NCBI GenBank assembly: GCA_965247095.1
Contig: OZ251997.1
Coordinates: forward strand, 4,480,001 to 4,544,000
Length of the DNA: 64,000 bases
Source: Candidatus Multivorans sp.
GTDB lineage: Bacteria; Acidobacteriota; Thermoanaerobaculia; Multivoradales; Multivoraceae
Direction: 5' to 3'
The notes beneath the pieces were generated by a model that did not search any database, was not told where the DNA came from, and saw only the letters and a list, made by a program, of their open reading frames with translations. Position numbers and translations under genes: made by a program. Shown in pieces: positions 28,048 through 42,718 of this stretch (its first letter is position 1; the number at the start of each line of letters is the position of its first letter).

Positions 28048-29106
28048 ATGAGGAATTCTCTTGCCGGAGTGATGATCGTCGCCGTGGGCTTGACCCTTGG
28101 CTGCGGTTACGGCGCCGAGACAGAGGAGGCGGAACCGATGGTGGACGAAGGCGAGGAAGCGGTGGAAGCGGCGGGCTCGATTCTGCGCAACGACCCGGCG
28201 ATGGACGACCTGGTGCCGGCGGACGCGGTGGTAGAGAAGGTCGCGGACGGCTTCATGTTCACCGAGGGCCCGGTGTGGGTGCCGGGGGATCCAGACCGCC
28301 TCTATTTCAGTGACATCCCGGGCAACACGGTCTACCGCTGGTCCGAGGGCGAGGGCAAGGTCGTCTTCCTGCAGCCCGTGCTGCCCGACGACGCCGACAC
28401 CGGCGGCACCGGCGGCTCGAACGGGCTGGCGCTCCACGCGGACGGCCGGCTCGTCCTTTGCGAGCACGGCGGTCGACGGGTGTCCGCGATGGCGCTCGAC
28501 GGCGAGCGGGTGACCCTGGCCGACCGCTACGACGGCAAGCGGCTGAACAGCCCGAACGACATCGTGTTCCACTCGAGCGGCGCCGCCTTCTTCACCGATC
28601 CTCCCTACGGGCTGGACGGGCAGGACGCGTCGGAGAACAAGGAGCAGCCGCACAACGGCATCTACCGGCTGGACCCGGACGGCACGGTGACCCTGCTCGA
28701 GACCGGCCAGACCCGTCCCAACGGTCTCGGCCTGTCGCCGGACGAGAAGATCCTGTACGTGGCGAACTCGGACGCGGCGCCGAACCGGTACTGGAAGAAG
28801 TACGCCGTGAACGACGACCTGACCCTCGGCGAGGGCGAGATGTTCTTCGACGCCAGCGACATGGAGGCCCCCGGCGCACCCGACGGGATGGCCATCGATG
28901 TGAACGGCAACGTGTTCGCGACCGGCCCCGGCGGTGTCCTGGTCTTCAGTCCGGACGGTCGGCACCTGGGCACCATCGCACCGGCCGAGCTGCCGGCGAA
29001 CACCGCCTTCGGCGGCGACGGCAGCACGCTCTACATGACCGCCCGCACCGGCCTCTACCGCGTGGCGACAAGTACGCGGGGCGACGTCTACGCCAGCGGC
29101 GAGTGA
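28048..29106 (+). CDS. SMP-30/gluconolactonase-family lipoprotein
   Basis: FTEGPVW, SNGL, NSPND, FTDPPYG, PNG, PDGM; lipobox LGC. Confidence 0.93.
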   Translation: MRNSLAGVMIVAVGLTLGCGYGAETEEAEPMVDEGEEAVEAAGSILRNDPAMDDLVPADAVVEKVADGFMFTEGPVWVPGDPDRLYFSDIPGNTVYRWSEGEGKVVFLQPVLPDDADTGGTGGSNGLALHADGRLVLCEHGGRRVSAMALDGERVTLADRYDGKRLNSPNDIVFHSSGAAFFTDPPYGLDGQDASENKEQPHNGIYRLDPDGTVTLLETGQTRPNGLGLSPDEKILYVANSDAAPNRYWKKYAVNDDLTLGEGEMFFDASDMEAPGAPDGMAIDVNGNVFATGPGGVLVFSPDGRHLGTIAPAELPANTAFGGDGSTLYMTARTGLYRVATSTRGDVYASGE

Positions 29107-29129
29107 AGAGCCGCCCTGAGTAGGGCCGC

Positions 29130-30808
29130 ATGCAACTCCGCGGATCGTTCGGCACACTCGACTGGCTGATCCTCGCCGCGCTGCTGGTCGGCCTGACGCT
29201 GCTGTCGCGGTCGCTGTCGCGGCGGCAGAAGACGGAACGCGACTACTTCGGGGGCTCCCGGAGCTTGCCGTGGTACGCGGTGGCGGCGTCCCTGGTGGCG
29301 ACCGAGATCAGCGCCGTGACCTACATCAGCCTGCCCGCGATCGTCCACCGGCCGGGCGGCAACATGACCTACCTGCAGATCGGGCTGTTCGGCTACGTCG
29401 CCGCCCGTCTGCTCGTGGCCCGGCTGCTGGTCCCGGCCTACTACCGGTACGACGTGATGAGCCCGTACGATCTGATCGAGCGCCGGCTCGGCGACTCGGG
29501 CGCGGCGGTCCGGAAGGCGGCGACCGGCCTGTTCTGGCTGGGAGGGGTGCTGGCGCAGTCGGCGCGCGTCTACCTCTCGGCCGTCGTGCTCGGGGTGCTG
29601 CTGCACCGCGAGCTTGCCTGGCTCGAGAGCGCGACCGGCCTGCCGCCCCACGTGGCCGCGGTGGCAGCGATCATGGCCATCGCCATCCTGTGGACCTGGC
29701 TCGGCGGCATCGCGGCCGTGGTCTGGACGGACGCCGCGCTGTTTGTGCTGTTTCTCGTGGGCGTCGCGGTCAGCCTGGGCGTCGTTGTGTGGGAGATCGA
29801 GGCCGGTATCTCGACGACGCTTGCCGCCGCCTGGACGGAGGGGAAGTTCACGCTGTTCGACCTGTCGACCTCTCTCTCCGTTCCCTACACCCTGTGGGCG
29901 GCGCTGATCGGCGCGACGGTCGGCGGCTTCGCCGCCTTCGGCACGGACCAGTTGATGGCGCAGCGCATCTTCTGTTGCCGCAGTGCCCGCGACGCCCAAC
30001 TGGCGGTCGTGGCCAGCAGCGTGTCCGTGATCGTCTCGTTCGCGTTCGCCCTGGTCGGGATCGGGCTGTGGGCCTACTACGAGCAGGCGCCCCTGCACGG
30101 TACGGCGGCGGCGATCGTGGCGGAGCAGCCCGATCGGATCTTCGCGGTGTTCGCGGTCGAGGCGGTGGCGGTCGGCCTGAAGGGCCTGGTGGTAGCCGGC
30201 GCCCTGGCGGCGGCGATCTCGAGTCTCGACTCCATTCTCGCGGCCCTTGCGCAGACCACGTCGTCGCTGCTGGGCCCGCGGTGGCGTCGCGGCGACGGCC
30301 TGCGGTTGCCCCGGTTGCTGGTCCTCGGTTGGGGACTGGTGCTGGGCGTTGTGTCGCTGTCGATGGACCGGGTGGCGGCGCGGTACGACGCGCTGCTGGA
30401 CCTGGCGCTGGCGATGGCCGGCTACACGGGCGGAGCGCTGATGGCCGCGGTCCTTCTGGCGCTTGCGCCCTGCGGCCGCGACGGCCGCGGCTTTCTGTGG
30501 TCCGGGCCGTTGTCCGTGCTCGCCGTCTTCGCAGCGGCCTGGCATCAGCCGGCGGCGGGATGGATCTGCCTGCTCGGCTGCGCTGTGTTGCTTGGAACCT
30601 GGCTGCGCGCGGACGGTCGCGGCCGCTGGGGAGCAAGTTTGTTGCTGATGCTGGGCGCCGCGTTCGTGCTCGCGATCTGGCGCTGGGCGGAGGGCCCCGG
30701 CGGCGAGTCGCTGGCCTGGCCGTGGTACGTGCCCTTGGGTGCGGCGGTGGCCTGGCTGTGGGGGCTGGGGCTGAGCGGGCGCGCCCGTGTTCTTGCTAGC
30801 GTCGCGAC

Positions 30809-30812
<4 letters not shown>
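29130..30812 (+). CDS. Sodium:solute symporter (SSS)
   Basis: SLVATEISAVT, GGIAAVVWTD, GTDQLMAQR, AAISSLDS. Confidence 0.92.
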
Positions 30813-32479
<1,667 letters not shown>

Positions 32480-32484
32480 GTCCG

Positions 32485-33624
32485 CTAGGCCTTCATCTCG
32501 CGGAAGCACTTCCGCAGCTCGCCGACAAAGACGTCCGGGACCTCGAACGCCGCGAAGTGGCCGCCTTTCTCCAGGCGGTTCCAGTACACGAGGTTCCGAT
32601 ACCGCTTCTCGGCCCAGCGCCGCGAGGCCCGGAAGATCTCCTTGGGGAAGATGCTGCAGCCGACCGGTATTTCGACCGGGTCGTTGCCGCCCTTGCCGAA
32701 GCTCTCCCAGTAGATGCGTCCCGAGGAGGCGCCGCAGGCCGGCAGCCAGTACATCATCACGTTGTCGAGCAACTGGTCGCGCGTGAGTACGTCTTCCGGA
32801 TGGCCGTCGTTGTCGGTCCAGGACCAGAACTTCTCGACGATCCACGCGGCCTGGCCGGCCGGCGAGTCCACAAGGCCGTAGCCCAGAGTCTGCGGTCTGG
32901 TGGACTGCTGCTTCGAGTAGCCGGAGTCCCAGTCGCGGTAGTACTGGATGCCGGCCAGAGCATCCTTCTCGTTGTCGGTCAGGTCGTTCATCGTGCTCTG
33001 GTCGACGCCGACCGTCGGCATGTTCACGTGAATGCCGTGGCAGTGTTCATGGTCCTGGATCGCGATCGCCGTGCTGACGGCGGCGCCCCAGTCGCCACCC
33101 TGGGCGAAGTACCACTCGTAGCCGAGGCGCGCCATCAGCTCGGCCCAGGCGTCCGCGACCTTCTCGACGCTCCAGCCGGGCGACGTGGGCTTGTCCGAGA
33201 AGCCGAACCCGGGCAGGGCCGGTACCACCAGGTGGAACGCGTCCTCCGCCGAGCCGCCGTGCGCGGTCGGATCGAGCAGCGGACCTGTGACCTCGAGGAA
33301 CTCGACGATCGAGCCCGGCCAGCCGTGCGTGAGCACCAGCGGCGCGGCACCTGTGTGCCGGGAACGGAGATGGAGGAAATGGATGCCCACGCCGTCGATC
33401 TCGGTCTTGAACTGATCGAGGTCGTTCAGGCGGTTTTCCAGTCGCCGCCAGTCGTAGGAGGACGCCCAGTACTCGCAAAGCTCCTTCGTGTAGGCGAGTG
33501 GGATGCCCTGGGTCCAGTCGTTGACCGTCTCCCGTTCGGGCCAGCGCGTGGCGGCCAGCCGGCGGCGCAAATCGGCCAGTTGCTCGTCGTCGATTTCGAT
33601 GCGGTAGGGCGTGATGTCGGTCAT
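32485..33624 (-). CDS. Microsomal-type epoxide hydrolase
   Basis: EHN N-term (DLRRRL..RWP), HGWPGS, GGDWG, GGHFAAFE. Confidence 0.93.
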   Translation of the reverse strand: MTDITPYRIEIDDEQLADLRRRLAATRWPERETVNDWTQGIPLAYTKELCEYWASSYDWRRLENRLNDLDQFKTEIDGVGIHFLHLRSRHTGAAPLVLTHGWPGSIVEFLEVTGPLLDPTAHGGSAEDAFHLVVPALPGFGFSDKPTSPGWSVEKVADAWAELMARLGYEWYFAQGGDWGAAVSTAIAIQDHEHCHGIHVNMPTVGVDQSTMNDLTDNEKDALAGIQYYRDWDSGYSKQQSTRPQTLGYGLVDSPAGQAAWIVEKFWSWTDNDGHPEDVLTRDQLLDNVMMYWLPACGASSGRIYWESFGKGGNDPVEIPVGCSIFPKEIFRASRRWAEKRYRNLVYWNRLEKGGHFAAFEVPDVFVGELRKCFREMKA

Positions 33625-33657
33625 AGGGTGCGACGCTAGCACCTGGGGTTGGCGGCG

Positions 33658-34266
33658 CTAGAAGACCATCCGGATGCCGGCCGAGACGGTCTCGATATCG
33701 CCGGCGATCGACTCGATGCGGCCGACTGCCCTGAACCGGCCGAGGATCTGGACTTCGACGCCGACGCCGTAGATCAGATCCTCATCGTCCACGTCCACCA
33801 GGGTGACTTCGAGCTCGTCGGCCGCATCCTCCACGTTGGCGGCCCAGGACACGATGCCGAGTTTTGCGAATACCCGGATACGCCCCGTGATGTCGTAGTG
33901 GGGAACGATCGCGGCGGAGTAGGCGGTGATCTTGCCCTGGATCGCGATATCGGAGCACGAAACGCCTTCCGCGCAGGGTCGGATCGCCCCGTCGACCTTG
34001 GACAGGTCGTAGTAGCCCACCTCGACCGCCAGGAAGTCGTTGAACTTGTAACCGATGTCGTAGCTCAGCGAGTTCTCGTTGCCGTCGAGAACCTGGTCGA
34101 AGGCATCGGTCCTGTTGATGTCGATGCCCGCCAGGCCGAGGTGGAAGCCAACGTAGATCTCACGGTCGGCCGCTGCTGCCGGCGTCGCCGCGAGGGTGGC
34201 CAGCAGCAAGGCGATTGGTGTTGCCACGGGCAGGAAACGGAGCATCCAAGAGTGGCGTCTGGTCAT
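33658..34266 (-). CDS. OmpA-like outer-membrane beta-barrel protein
   Basis: Signal peptide; GYKFNDFLAVEVGY; YGVGV; C-terminal F. Confidence 0.85.
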   Translation of the reverse strand: MTRRHSWMLRFLPVATPIALLLATLAATPAAAADREIYVGFHLGLAGIDINRTDAFDQVLDGNENSLSYDIGYKFNDFLAVEVGYYDLSKVDGAIRPCAEGVSCSDIAIQGKITAYSAAIVPHYDITGRIRVFAKLGIVSWAANVEDAADELEVTLVDVDDEDLIYGVGVEVQILGRFRAVGRIESIAGDIETVSAGIRMVF

Positions 34267-34352
34267 CGTGGCCTCCCGGGAGACGGCGGTTGAGTCGGCT
34301 TCGTAATCATACAGGAATAGCTATATGTCGGTACGATAGTGTCCGCGCACCC

Positions 34353-35054
34353 ATGAGCGATCCGGTCTGTCTCATCTCTGGCGTGGGTCCCGGAACGGGG
34401 GCTTCGCTGGCTCGTCGGTTTGCGGCCGGCGGCTACCGGGTGGCGATGCTCGCGCGCAACGGAGAGCGCCTGAAGGCGCTGGAGACCGAGATCGAGGGTT
34501 CGCGCGGTTACGTCTGCGACGTGTCCGACCCGGAGGCGGTGCGGACGACCGTGGCGCGGGTCGGCGGCGAGCTGGGCGCGCCAGGGGTGCTCGTCCACAA
34601 CGCCGTGGGCGGCGCCTTCGGCGACTTCATGGAGGTCGAACCGGAGCGCCTGCGCGCCAACTTCGAAGTCAACGTGATGGGCCTGCTCTACCTGGCGCGC
34701 GCTGTCGCCCCGGCGATGATCGAGGCCGGGCGCGGGGCGATCATGGTCACCGGCAACACGGCGGCGCGCCGCGGCATGCCGCGCTTTGCCGGGTTCGCGC
34801 CGACCAAGGCGGGGCAGCGCATCCTCGCCGAGTCGATGGCGCGGACCCTGGGGCCGCAGGGCATCCACGTCGCGTACTTCGTGATCGACGCGGTGATCGA
34901 CCTGGAGTGGACCCGGCGGCGAATGCCCGACCAGCCGGACGACTTCTTCATCCAGCCGGACGCGATCGCCGAGAACGTCTGGTATGTGGCGCACCAGGAC
35001 CCGTCCGCGTGGAGCTTCGATGTCGAGATGAGGCCGTACCGCGAGACTTGGTAG
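34353..35054 (+). CDS. Short-chain dehydrogenase
   Basis: From MSDPV: GVGPGTG, HNA, FAPTK, GIHVAYFVIDA. Confidence 0.9.
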   Translation: MSDPVCLISGVGPGTGASLARRFAAGGYRVAMLARNGERLKALETEIEGSRGYVCDVSDPEAVRTTVARVGGELGAPGVLVHNAVGGAFGDFMEVEPERLRANFEVNVMGLLYLARAVAPAMIEAGRGAIMVTGNTAARRGMPRFAGFAPTKAGQRILAESMARTLGPQGIHVAYFVIDAVIDLEWTRRRMPDQPDDFFIQPDAIAENVWYVAHQDPSAWSFDVEMRPYRETW

Positions 35055-35104
35055 CGGCGCCCACGGGCCTCCGATCGGCTGCTCCCGCGTGGTAACTTCG
35101 CGGG

Positions 35105-36046
35105 ATGACGCGTTCCGTTCCAGCCCTCCTGATCGTCCTCCTGATCGCGCTCGGCGCCTTCGCCTGCGGCGAGACGGCGCCACCGGCGGCGGACGACACG
35201 GCCGAAGCGGATGCCATGCCTGCCGAGCCCGCCGAGTCTTCCGATCCGGAAGGGGCCGACCCGAACGACCCGGTCGCGCAGCGGGTCGAGCCGTTCCAGA
35301 TCTTCGACAACCTCTACTACGTCGGGATCGAGTGGGTCTCGTGCTACCTGCTGGTGACCACGGACGGTCTGATCCTGATCGACTCGCTCTACGGCGACCA
35401 CATCGATACCGCCATCGATGGCATCCGGAGCCTGGGCTACGACCCGGCGGACCTGAAGTACGTGCTGGCGACGCACGGCCACTTCGACCACGCCGGCGGC
35501 GCCGCCAGGTTCCAGGAGACGTACGGGGCACGGGTCGGCATGACCGAGGCGGACTGGCAACTGGCCGAAACGCCGCCGGGCAACCCCGACTACGAGATCG
35601 ACGTGCCGGTCCGCGACATGGTCATCGCCGACGGCGACACGCTCGAGCTGGGCGACACGGAGATCCGGTTCTACGTCACGCCCGGGCACACCGAGGGGGT
35701 TCTGTCGATGGAGTTCCCGGTGCGAGACGGCGGCGAGGAGCACCGCGCCTTCGTGTTCGGCGGCGTGGGGCTCAACTTCGAGGGTGTCCACCGCACGAAC
35801 CTCTACCTCGACAGCGTGGCCCGGGTTCAGCGGCTCGCCGCCGAGGAGGGCAACCCGATCGAAGTGAACATCACGAACCACGCTTCGATGGGGAGGATCT
35901 TCGAGCGCGCCGAGCAGTTGGCGTTGCGGGCCGACGGCGACCCCCACCCCTTCGTCGATCCCGCTGGGCACGCGGCCTGGCTCGCCGAGCTGCAGGAGAA
36001 CGCCGAGAAGAAGCTCGTCGTCGAGCGGGAATTAGCAGGCGAGTAG
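35105..36046 (+). CDS. MBL-fold metallohydrolase, subclass B3-like lipoprotein
   Basis: PFQIFDNLYYVG, THGHFDH, TPGHT; lipobox FAC. Confidence 0.88.
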   Translation: MTRSVPALLIVLLIALGAFACGETAPPAADDTAEADAMPAEPAESSDPEGADPNDPVAQRVEPFQIFDNLYYVGIEWVSCYLLVTTDGLILIDSLYGDHIDTAIDGIRSLGYDPADLKYVLATHGHFDHAGGAARFQETYGARVGMTEADWQLAETPPGNPDYEIDVPVRDMVIADGDTLELGDTEIRFYVTPGHTEGVLSMEFPVRDGGEEHRAFVFGGVGLNFEGVHRTNLYLDSVARVQRLAAEEGNPIEVNITNHASMGRIFERAEQLALRADGDPHPFVDPAGHAAWLAELQENAEKKLVVERELAGE

Positions 36047-36110
36047 GCGGGTAGGAAGGGCGGCGTTGTCGCATTGGTGCGGCACGGAATCCACGACGGG
36101 GCGCTAGATT

Positions 36111-36722
36111 GTGAAGAGCTTCGAGCTGATGCCGCGTTACGAGAACGCGGTGGCGGGGTTCGACCTGTTTCACCGGGAAGATCCGGCGACGGAGACGGTG
36201 GACGGCGAACAGGCGCCGCGGGAGTTGGCCTACGCCCGGCGGATGGCGGCCTGGGTGACGCGGCTCGATCCGGATGCCGGCGAGATCCTGCTCCTTGCGG
36301 CGCACTGCCAGCATCTGCGCCGCTTCAAGATGCCGCGGACCGACTACCCGGCCGGGCGCGAGGGCTATCTCGCCTGGCGGCGGGCGGCGGCGCTGGAGCA
36401 CGCGCGGCTGGCCGGCGCCGTGCTGCGCGACGCCGGCTACCGGCGGGAGCAGATCGAGCGGGTACAGAACCTGGTGCTGAAGCGGGCGGGCCGAGGTTCG
36501 CGCCAAGAGGCGCAGACCCTGGAGGACGCGGCCTGCCTGGTGTTTCTGGAGCGCGACCTGGAGGGATTGGCGGGCCGGCTTGGCGCCGAGAAGACGGCGG
36601 AAGTGCTGGTCAGGACCTGGCCCAAGATGTCGGCCGCCGGCCGCGAAGCCGCCACGGGGTTGGAGTTGAAGCCGGAGCTCCAGGAACTAGTGGCCAGCGC
36701 GCAGCCGGTCAGCCCGACCTGA
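36111..36722 (+). CDS. DUF4202-family protein
   Basis: EDP..ELAY..M, AAHCQH..R..YP.GR.GYL.WR, Q.LEDAACLVFL, TW.KMS. Confidence 0.85.
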   Translation: MKSFELMPRYENAVAGFDLFHREDPATETVDGEQAPRELAYARRMAAWVTRLDPDAGEILLLAAHCQHLRRFKMPRTDYPAGREGYLAWRRAAALEHARLAGAVLRDAGYRREQIERVQNLVLKRAGRGSRQEAQTLEDAACLVFLERDLEGLAGRLGAEKTAEVLVRTWPKMSAAGREAATGLELKPELQELVASAQPVSPT

Positions 36723-37286
36723 AGGTCAGTTGCTCGCGGGCCTCGCCGATCCGCTCCACCTTGACCGGCGCAACTCCGTTGCCAACACCGGCTACCGCCA
36801 ATGCTCGTTCGAAGGCGGATTCGAGCACTGCGGACGTGTCTTCGTCTTGGGGGACCAAGCGGTCGTTGACGCGCAGTTCGAGCCGATGGCGGTCGAAGGC
36901 GACTCTGCCTTCGAGTTGGGGCTCGGTCTCGATCAGGTCGCACGCCCGGAACGCGCAGGCAAGCAGGGAGCGCAGGCGCTCGTCCAGTGAGCCGACGCCT
37001 TCCAGTTCTCGCGAGGTCTCGCGCCGGCGGCTGTAGAGGAGCCCCGGCTCGCCGCGGCTCTGGTCGTAGGCGTAGATCGCATCGTGGCCGACCAGCAGCA
37101 CTCCCGGTCCTTCGTGGACGTGGCTGTAGTCGGCGACGTCGATCAGCAGTTCGGGCAGGACCCGCTCGGAAATCCAGCGGTGGAAGACCGGGATGAACTC
37201 CTCGGGCGCCGCTTCCGGGTCGTCGCAGGCGAGCACCTTCAAGTCCAGTTTGATCAGGTCGTCCAGGACGGCTCCACGGGAGGCGC

Positions 37287-37290
<4 letters not shown>
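36709..37290 (-). CDS. Conserved hypothetical protein coupled to sulfite reductase
   Basis: ATG 37290 (ATGA overlap): FIPVFHRWI..LIDVADYSHVHEGPGVLLVGH. Confidence 0.75.
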
Positions 37291-39605
<2,315 letters not shown>

Positions 39606-39747
39606 CGATCGGTTCTCGCTTGGTCCTTCGGGAATCGGCTTTCCCACTCCGAGGCGCGGGGTGGGCGGGGCCGGCGTATTCGTGACCATAATGGTTACCT
39701 TAGTCATCATTCTACGCGTACCGGCGCCCAACGTTGCAACCGGCGGG

Positions 39748-40626
39748 CTACCTCAGATCCTGGAAGCGGACCGGCTTGGGGAAGTCGGCGGAGGCTGCGC
39801 GGATCTTCTCGCCGATCGCAGCCACGCTCCAGGGGGCCTGGTCGTTCGGCCGGCGGGCGACCTCGAGCGACTGCCAGGACAGAAGGAACACGGTGTTGCC
39901 GCCGACCGCGAAGATGCGGCCGGTGATGTCGGCGGCGTCGTCGGTGCAGAGCCAGACCACGGCGGGCGAAACCTTCTCCGGCGCCAGCGGATCGGCGGTC
40001 GCCTCGGGCATGATGTCCTCTGTCAGGCGCGACCAGGCGGCTGGCGCCAGCAGGTTCACGGTGACGCCGTACTTCGCGCCCTCGATCGCCAGGCAGCGCA
40101 TGAAGCCGGCCATGCCGGCCTTGGCGGCGCCGTAGTTCGTCTGGCCGAAGTTGCCGAGCAGGCCGGAAGTCGAACTGGTCATGATGATCCGTCCGCCCGA
40201 CTCCTGCTCGATCATCTGGTCGTACGCGGCCTTCGTCACCAGATAGGTGCCGCGGAGGTGGACGTCGAGGACGATGTCCCACATCTCGTCGGTCATGTTC
40301 TTGAACGACTTGTCGCGCAGGATGCCGGCGTTGTTGATCGCGATGTCCAGCTTGCCGAACTCAGAGGCGGCGCGCTGCACCATTGCCCTGGCGGCGTCGC
40401 TGTCGGAGACCGAACCGTAGTCGGCTACGGCCTGACCGCCGGCGTCGCGGATCTCGGCTGCAACCTGGTCGGCCATCGCTGTGCCGGCGCCCGTGCCGTC
40501 CCTGGCGCCGCCGAGATCGTTGACGACGACCGCCGCGCCTTCCTGCGCCAGGAGCAGCGCGTGGGTGCGGCCCAGACCGCCGCCCGCGCCTGTAACGAGT
40601 GCGACCTTTCCGTCGAGCAGACCCAT
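39748..40626 (-). CDS. SDR oxidoreductase (MFE-2/hydroxyacyl-CoA dehydrogenase-like)
   Basis: TGAGGGLG, VVNDLG, NNAGILRD, NYGAAK. Confidence 0.93.
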   Translation of the reverse strand: MGLLDGKVALVTGAGGGLGRTHALLLAQEGAAVVVNDLGGARDGTGAGTAMADQVAAEIRDAGGQAVADYGSVSDSDAARAMVQRAASEFGKLDIAINNAGILRDKSFKNMTDEMWDIVLDVHLRGTYLVTKAAYDQMIEQESGGRIIMTSSTSGLLGNFGQTNYGAAKAGMAGFMRCLAIEGAKYGVTVNLLAPAAWSRLTEDIMPEATADPLAPEKVSPAVVWLCTDDAADITGRIFAVGGNTVFLLSWQSLEVARRPNDQAPWSVAAIGEKIRAASADFPKPVRFQDLR

Positions 40627-40750
40627 GGTGTCGATTCCCTCTCTCTGTCGTCTTGTCGTGTTCGTGGTGTTGGAGCGCGCGAAGTCTAGTAGAAGAGCTT
40701 CGTCCGTGCAGGGGTGTGTTTGTCGCTAGGCGTCCCGGCTCAAGTCCGGC

Positions 40751-40847
40751 CCTGGGAACCCGGGTGGCGCGATCCGCGCCACCCGCGAACCACTCCGTGC
40801 ATTCGTCATCGGGCGCACGGATGGCACGCGGGCATCTTGCCCGCATC
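40751..40847 (+). repeat. Two intergenic REP-like hairpins
   Basis: CCTGGGAAC followed by hairpin CGGGTGGCGCG-ATC-CGCGCCACCCG (40751-40785), and GCGGGCA-TCT-TGCCCGC-ATC (40828-40847). Confidence 0.65.
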
Positions 40848-40884
40848 GGCGCGAAGCGCCGCTCTGCCCGTTAGAGTCCAGTCG

Positions 40885-41646
40885 ATGAGAGGCCCCGCGT
40901 TTGTCTGGCCCGATACGGCGTCAATGGCAGGGTCTCTTGTGTTGGCTACCGCGATAGGCGTTGCCGCCCAGGAGCCCCCCGAGCCCCACGCCGAACCCAG
41001 CGCCGCAATGCTCCTCCGCCAGGCCAGCCTCCACGAGTCCCGGGGCGACTACGAGGCAGCCATCGCCGGCTACGACCGGGCGATCGCGGCCGAGCCGCGC
41101 GACTGGCAGCTCTACCTGCTACGCGGCGCCGCCCGTTTCAAGGCGGGTCAGATCAACGCGTCGATCGAAGACTTCGACCGGGCTGTGACGCTCGATCCGT
41201 CGCAGGACCCGTACCTCTGGCAGCGGGGCGTCTCGTACTTCTATGCCGGCCGCTTCGCCGACTGCCGGGCCCAGTTCGAACGGCACCGCCTGGTCAATCC
41301 GAACGACGTGGAGAACGCCGTGTGGCACCTGCTCTGCGGCGCCGCCGAGGATGGCCTCGAGTCGGCACGGAAAGCGATGCTGCCGGTCGGTCCGGACGCG
41401 CGCCGGCCGATGAAGGAGATAGACGCCCTGTTTCGCGGCAAGGGCAGCGCCGGGGACGTCGAGACGGCGGCGCAGGAAGAAGGTCCGGGAGCGCGCTTCT
41501 ACGCCGATTTGTACCTCGGGCTGTACTACGAGTTGATCGGCGAGACGGAGAAGGCCGCCGCCAAGATCGAGCGCGCCGCCTCGCTACCGAACCGTGGCTA
41601 CATGGTCGAGGTCGCGCGGGTGCATCGTCGGCTGCGGTATCCGTGA
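40885..41646 (+). CDS. TPR protein (NlpI-like)
   Basis: TPR helices; LWQRG..Y.AG..QFE.H..VNPNDVENAVW; TAGAGT 7 nt before ATG. Confidence 0.85.
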   Translation: MRGPAFVWPDTASMAGSLVLATAIGVAAQEPPEPHAEPSAAMLLRQASLHESRGDYEAAIAGYDRAIAAEPRDWQLYLLRGAARFKAGQINASIEDFDRAVTLDPSQDPYLWQRGVSYFYAGRFADCRAQFERHRLVNPNDVENAVWHLLCGAAEDGLESARKAMLPVGPDARRPMKEIDALFRGKGSAGDVETAAQEEGPGARFYADLYLGLYYELIGETEKAAAKIERAASLPNRGYMVEVARVHRRLRYP

Positions 41647-41661
41647 GATCCTCACCACGGC

Positions 41662-42642
41662 TCAGTCGTCGGCGCGGCGCAGGAAGTCGCCCTCGTCCTG
41701 GCACTCGTAAGCGAGCTGGACCAGCGTGACTGCGTCTGCCGTTGGTCCGATCTCGGTGAGAAGAGCGTAGAGAGCCGGCGTAGCGGCCAGCCCACGGGCC
41801 GAGGAAACGCCGAGCACGGCGAGCCGGAGAGCCTCCCGCCGGCCTTCGGCGTGGCCTTCGGCGTGGCCTTCGGCACGGCCTTCGGCGCGCTCGCGACGCA
41901 GGAACAGGTCGTCGTCCGGGCCCGTTCCCTCCGACGCGCCCAAGGTGTCACCCACCCGGCGCAGCACGTCGACGGTCGAGAGAGACATATCGGCCTCGTT
42001 CAACGCCCGGTGGATTTCCTGCGCCGTCCAACCGGGGAAGGCGCGGCTGCTCGCTGCCTCCACATAGCGACCTTCCTCCAGGACGTGAATCGCGAGTCCG
42101 GACAACCGCGACTTCGGGCGGTAACGCCAATTTGCCTCGGGGACCTCTACCCACACCTCGGGAAAGCCCCAGGACTCGTAGATCCCGAGCTTCCTCCGGC
42201 GAACGTCAGTGCTGTAGTCCACCTCCAGGACCACATCGGGTAGCTCGTTGACGCCGTACTCGATATCGGGGCCGCAGGGCCGCGTTGCCCCGGGGCGGAG
42301 ATACACGATCTGGTCGGCCGCCATCGCCCGCCGGCGTTCGCCTTCCGGGTTGCGCACGACGAGAGCGGCAGCGCCGATCACGTCGATCGGCGAGCCCCGC
42401 CTCAGGGCGATCAGGTTCAGGAGGCGCGCGAGCCGCTGCGCCGAGTACTCGTGATAGGTGGTGGCCGGCTCGGCCACGATGGCGATCTCGTTGCGCGCAT
42501 CCCAGTACTCCAGGCGACCCTCGAAATCGTCGAGTTCGTCGGGCGGAACGTCAATGGCGCGGCAGCCCGGAAACTCCGCCGCGACCGGTGGAGGACCGTC
42601 GTCCGGCGGCGTCCAGGTTGCCTTGGAGATCGGTTCAGCCAT
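41662..42642 (-). CDS. Uma2/DUF820-like endonuclease (copy 2)
   Basis: PDVVLEVDYSTDV..KLGIYESWGFPEVWV; 4 AEG[R/H] units. Confidence 0.85.
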   Translation of the reverse strand: MAEPISKATWTPPDDGPPPVAAEFPGCRAIDVPPDELDDFEGRLEYWDARNEIAIVAEPATTYHEYSAQRLARLLNLIALRRGSPIDVIGAAALVVRNPEGERRRAMAADQIVYLRPGATRPCGPDIEYGVNELPDVVLEVDYSTDVRRRKLGIYESWGFPEVWVEVPEANWRYRPKSRLSGLAIHVLEEGRYVEAASSRAFPGWTAQEIHRALNEADMSLSTVDVLRRVGDTLGASEGTGPDDDLFLRRERAEGRAEGHAEGHAEGRREALRLAVLGVSSARGLAATPALYALLTEIGPTADAVTLVQLAYECQDEGDFLRRADD

Positions 42643-42718
42643 GCACCGATTGTAGCCCGGTCGTGTTCGGGTAGGCCATCCGTCGATCGGCGAGCGCCGC
42701 TATCGCGCGACCTCCCCC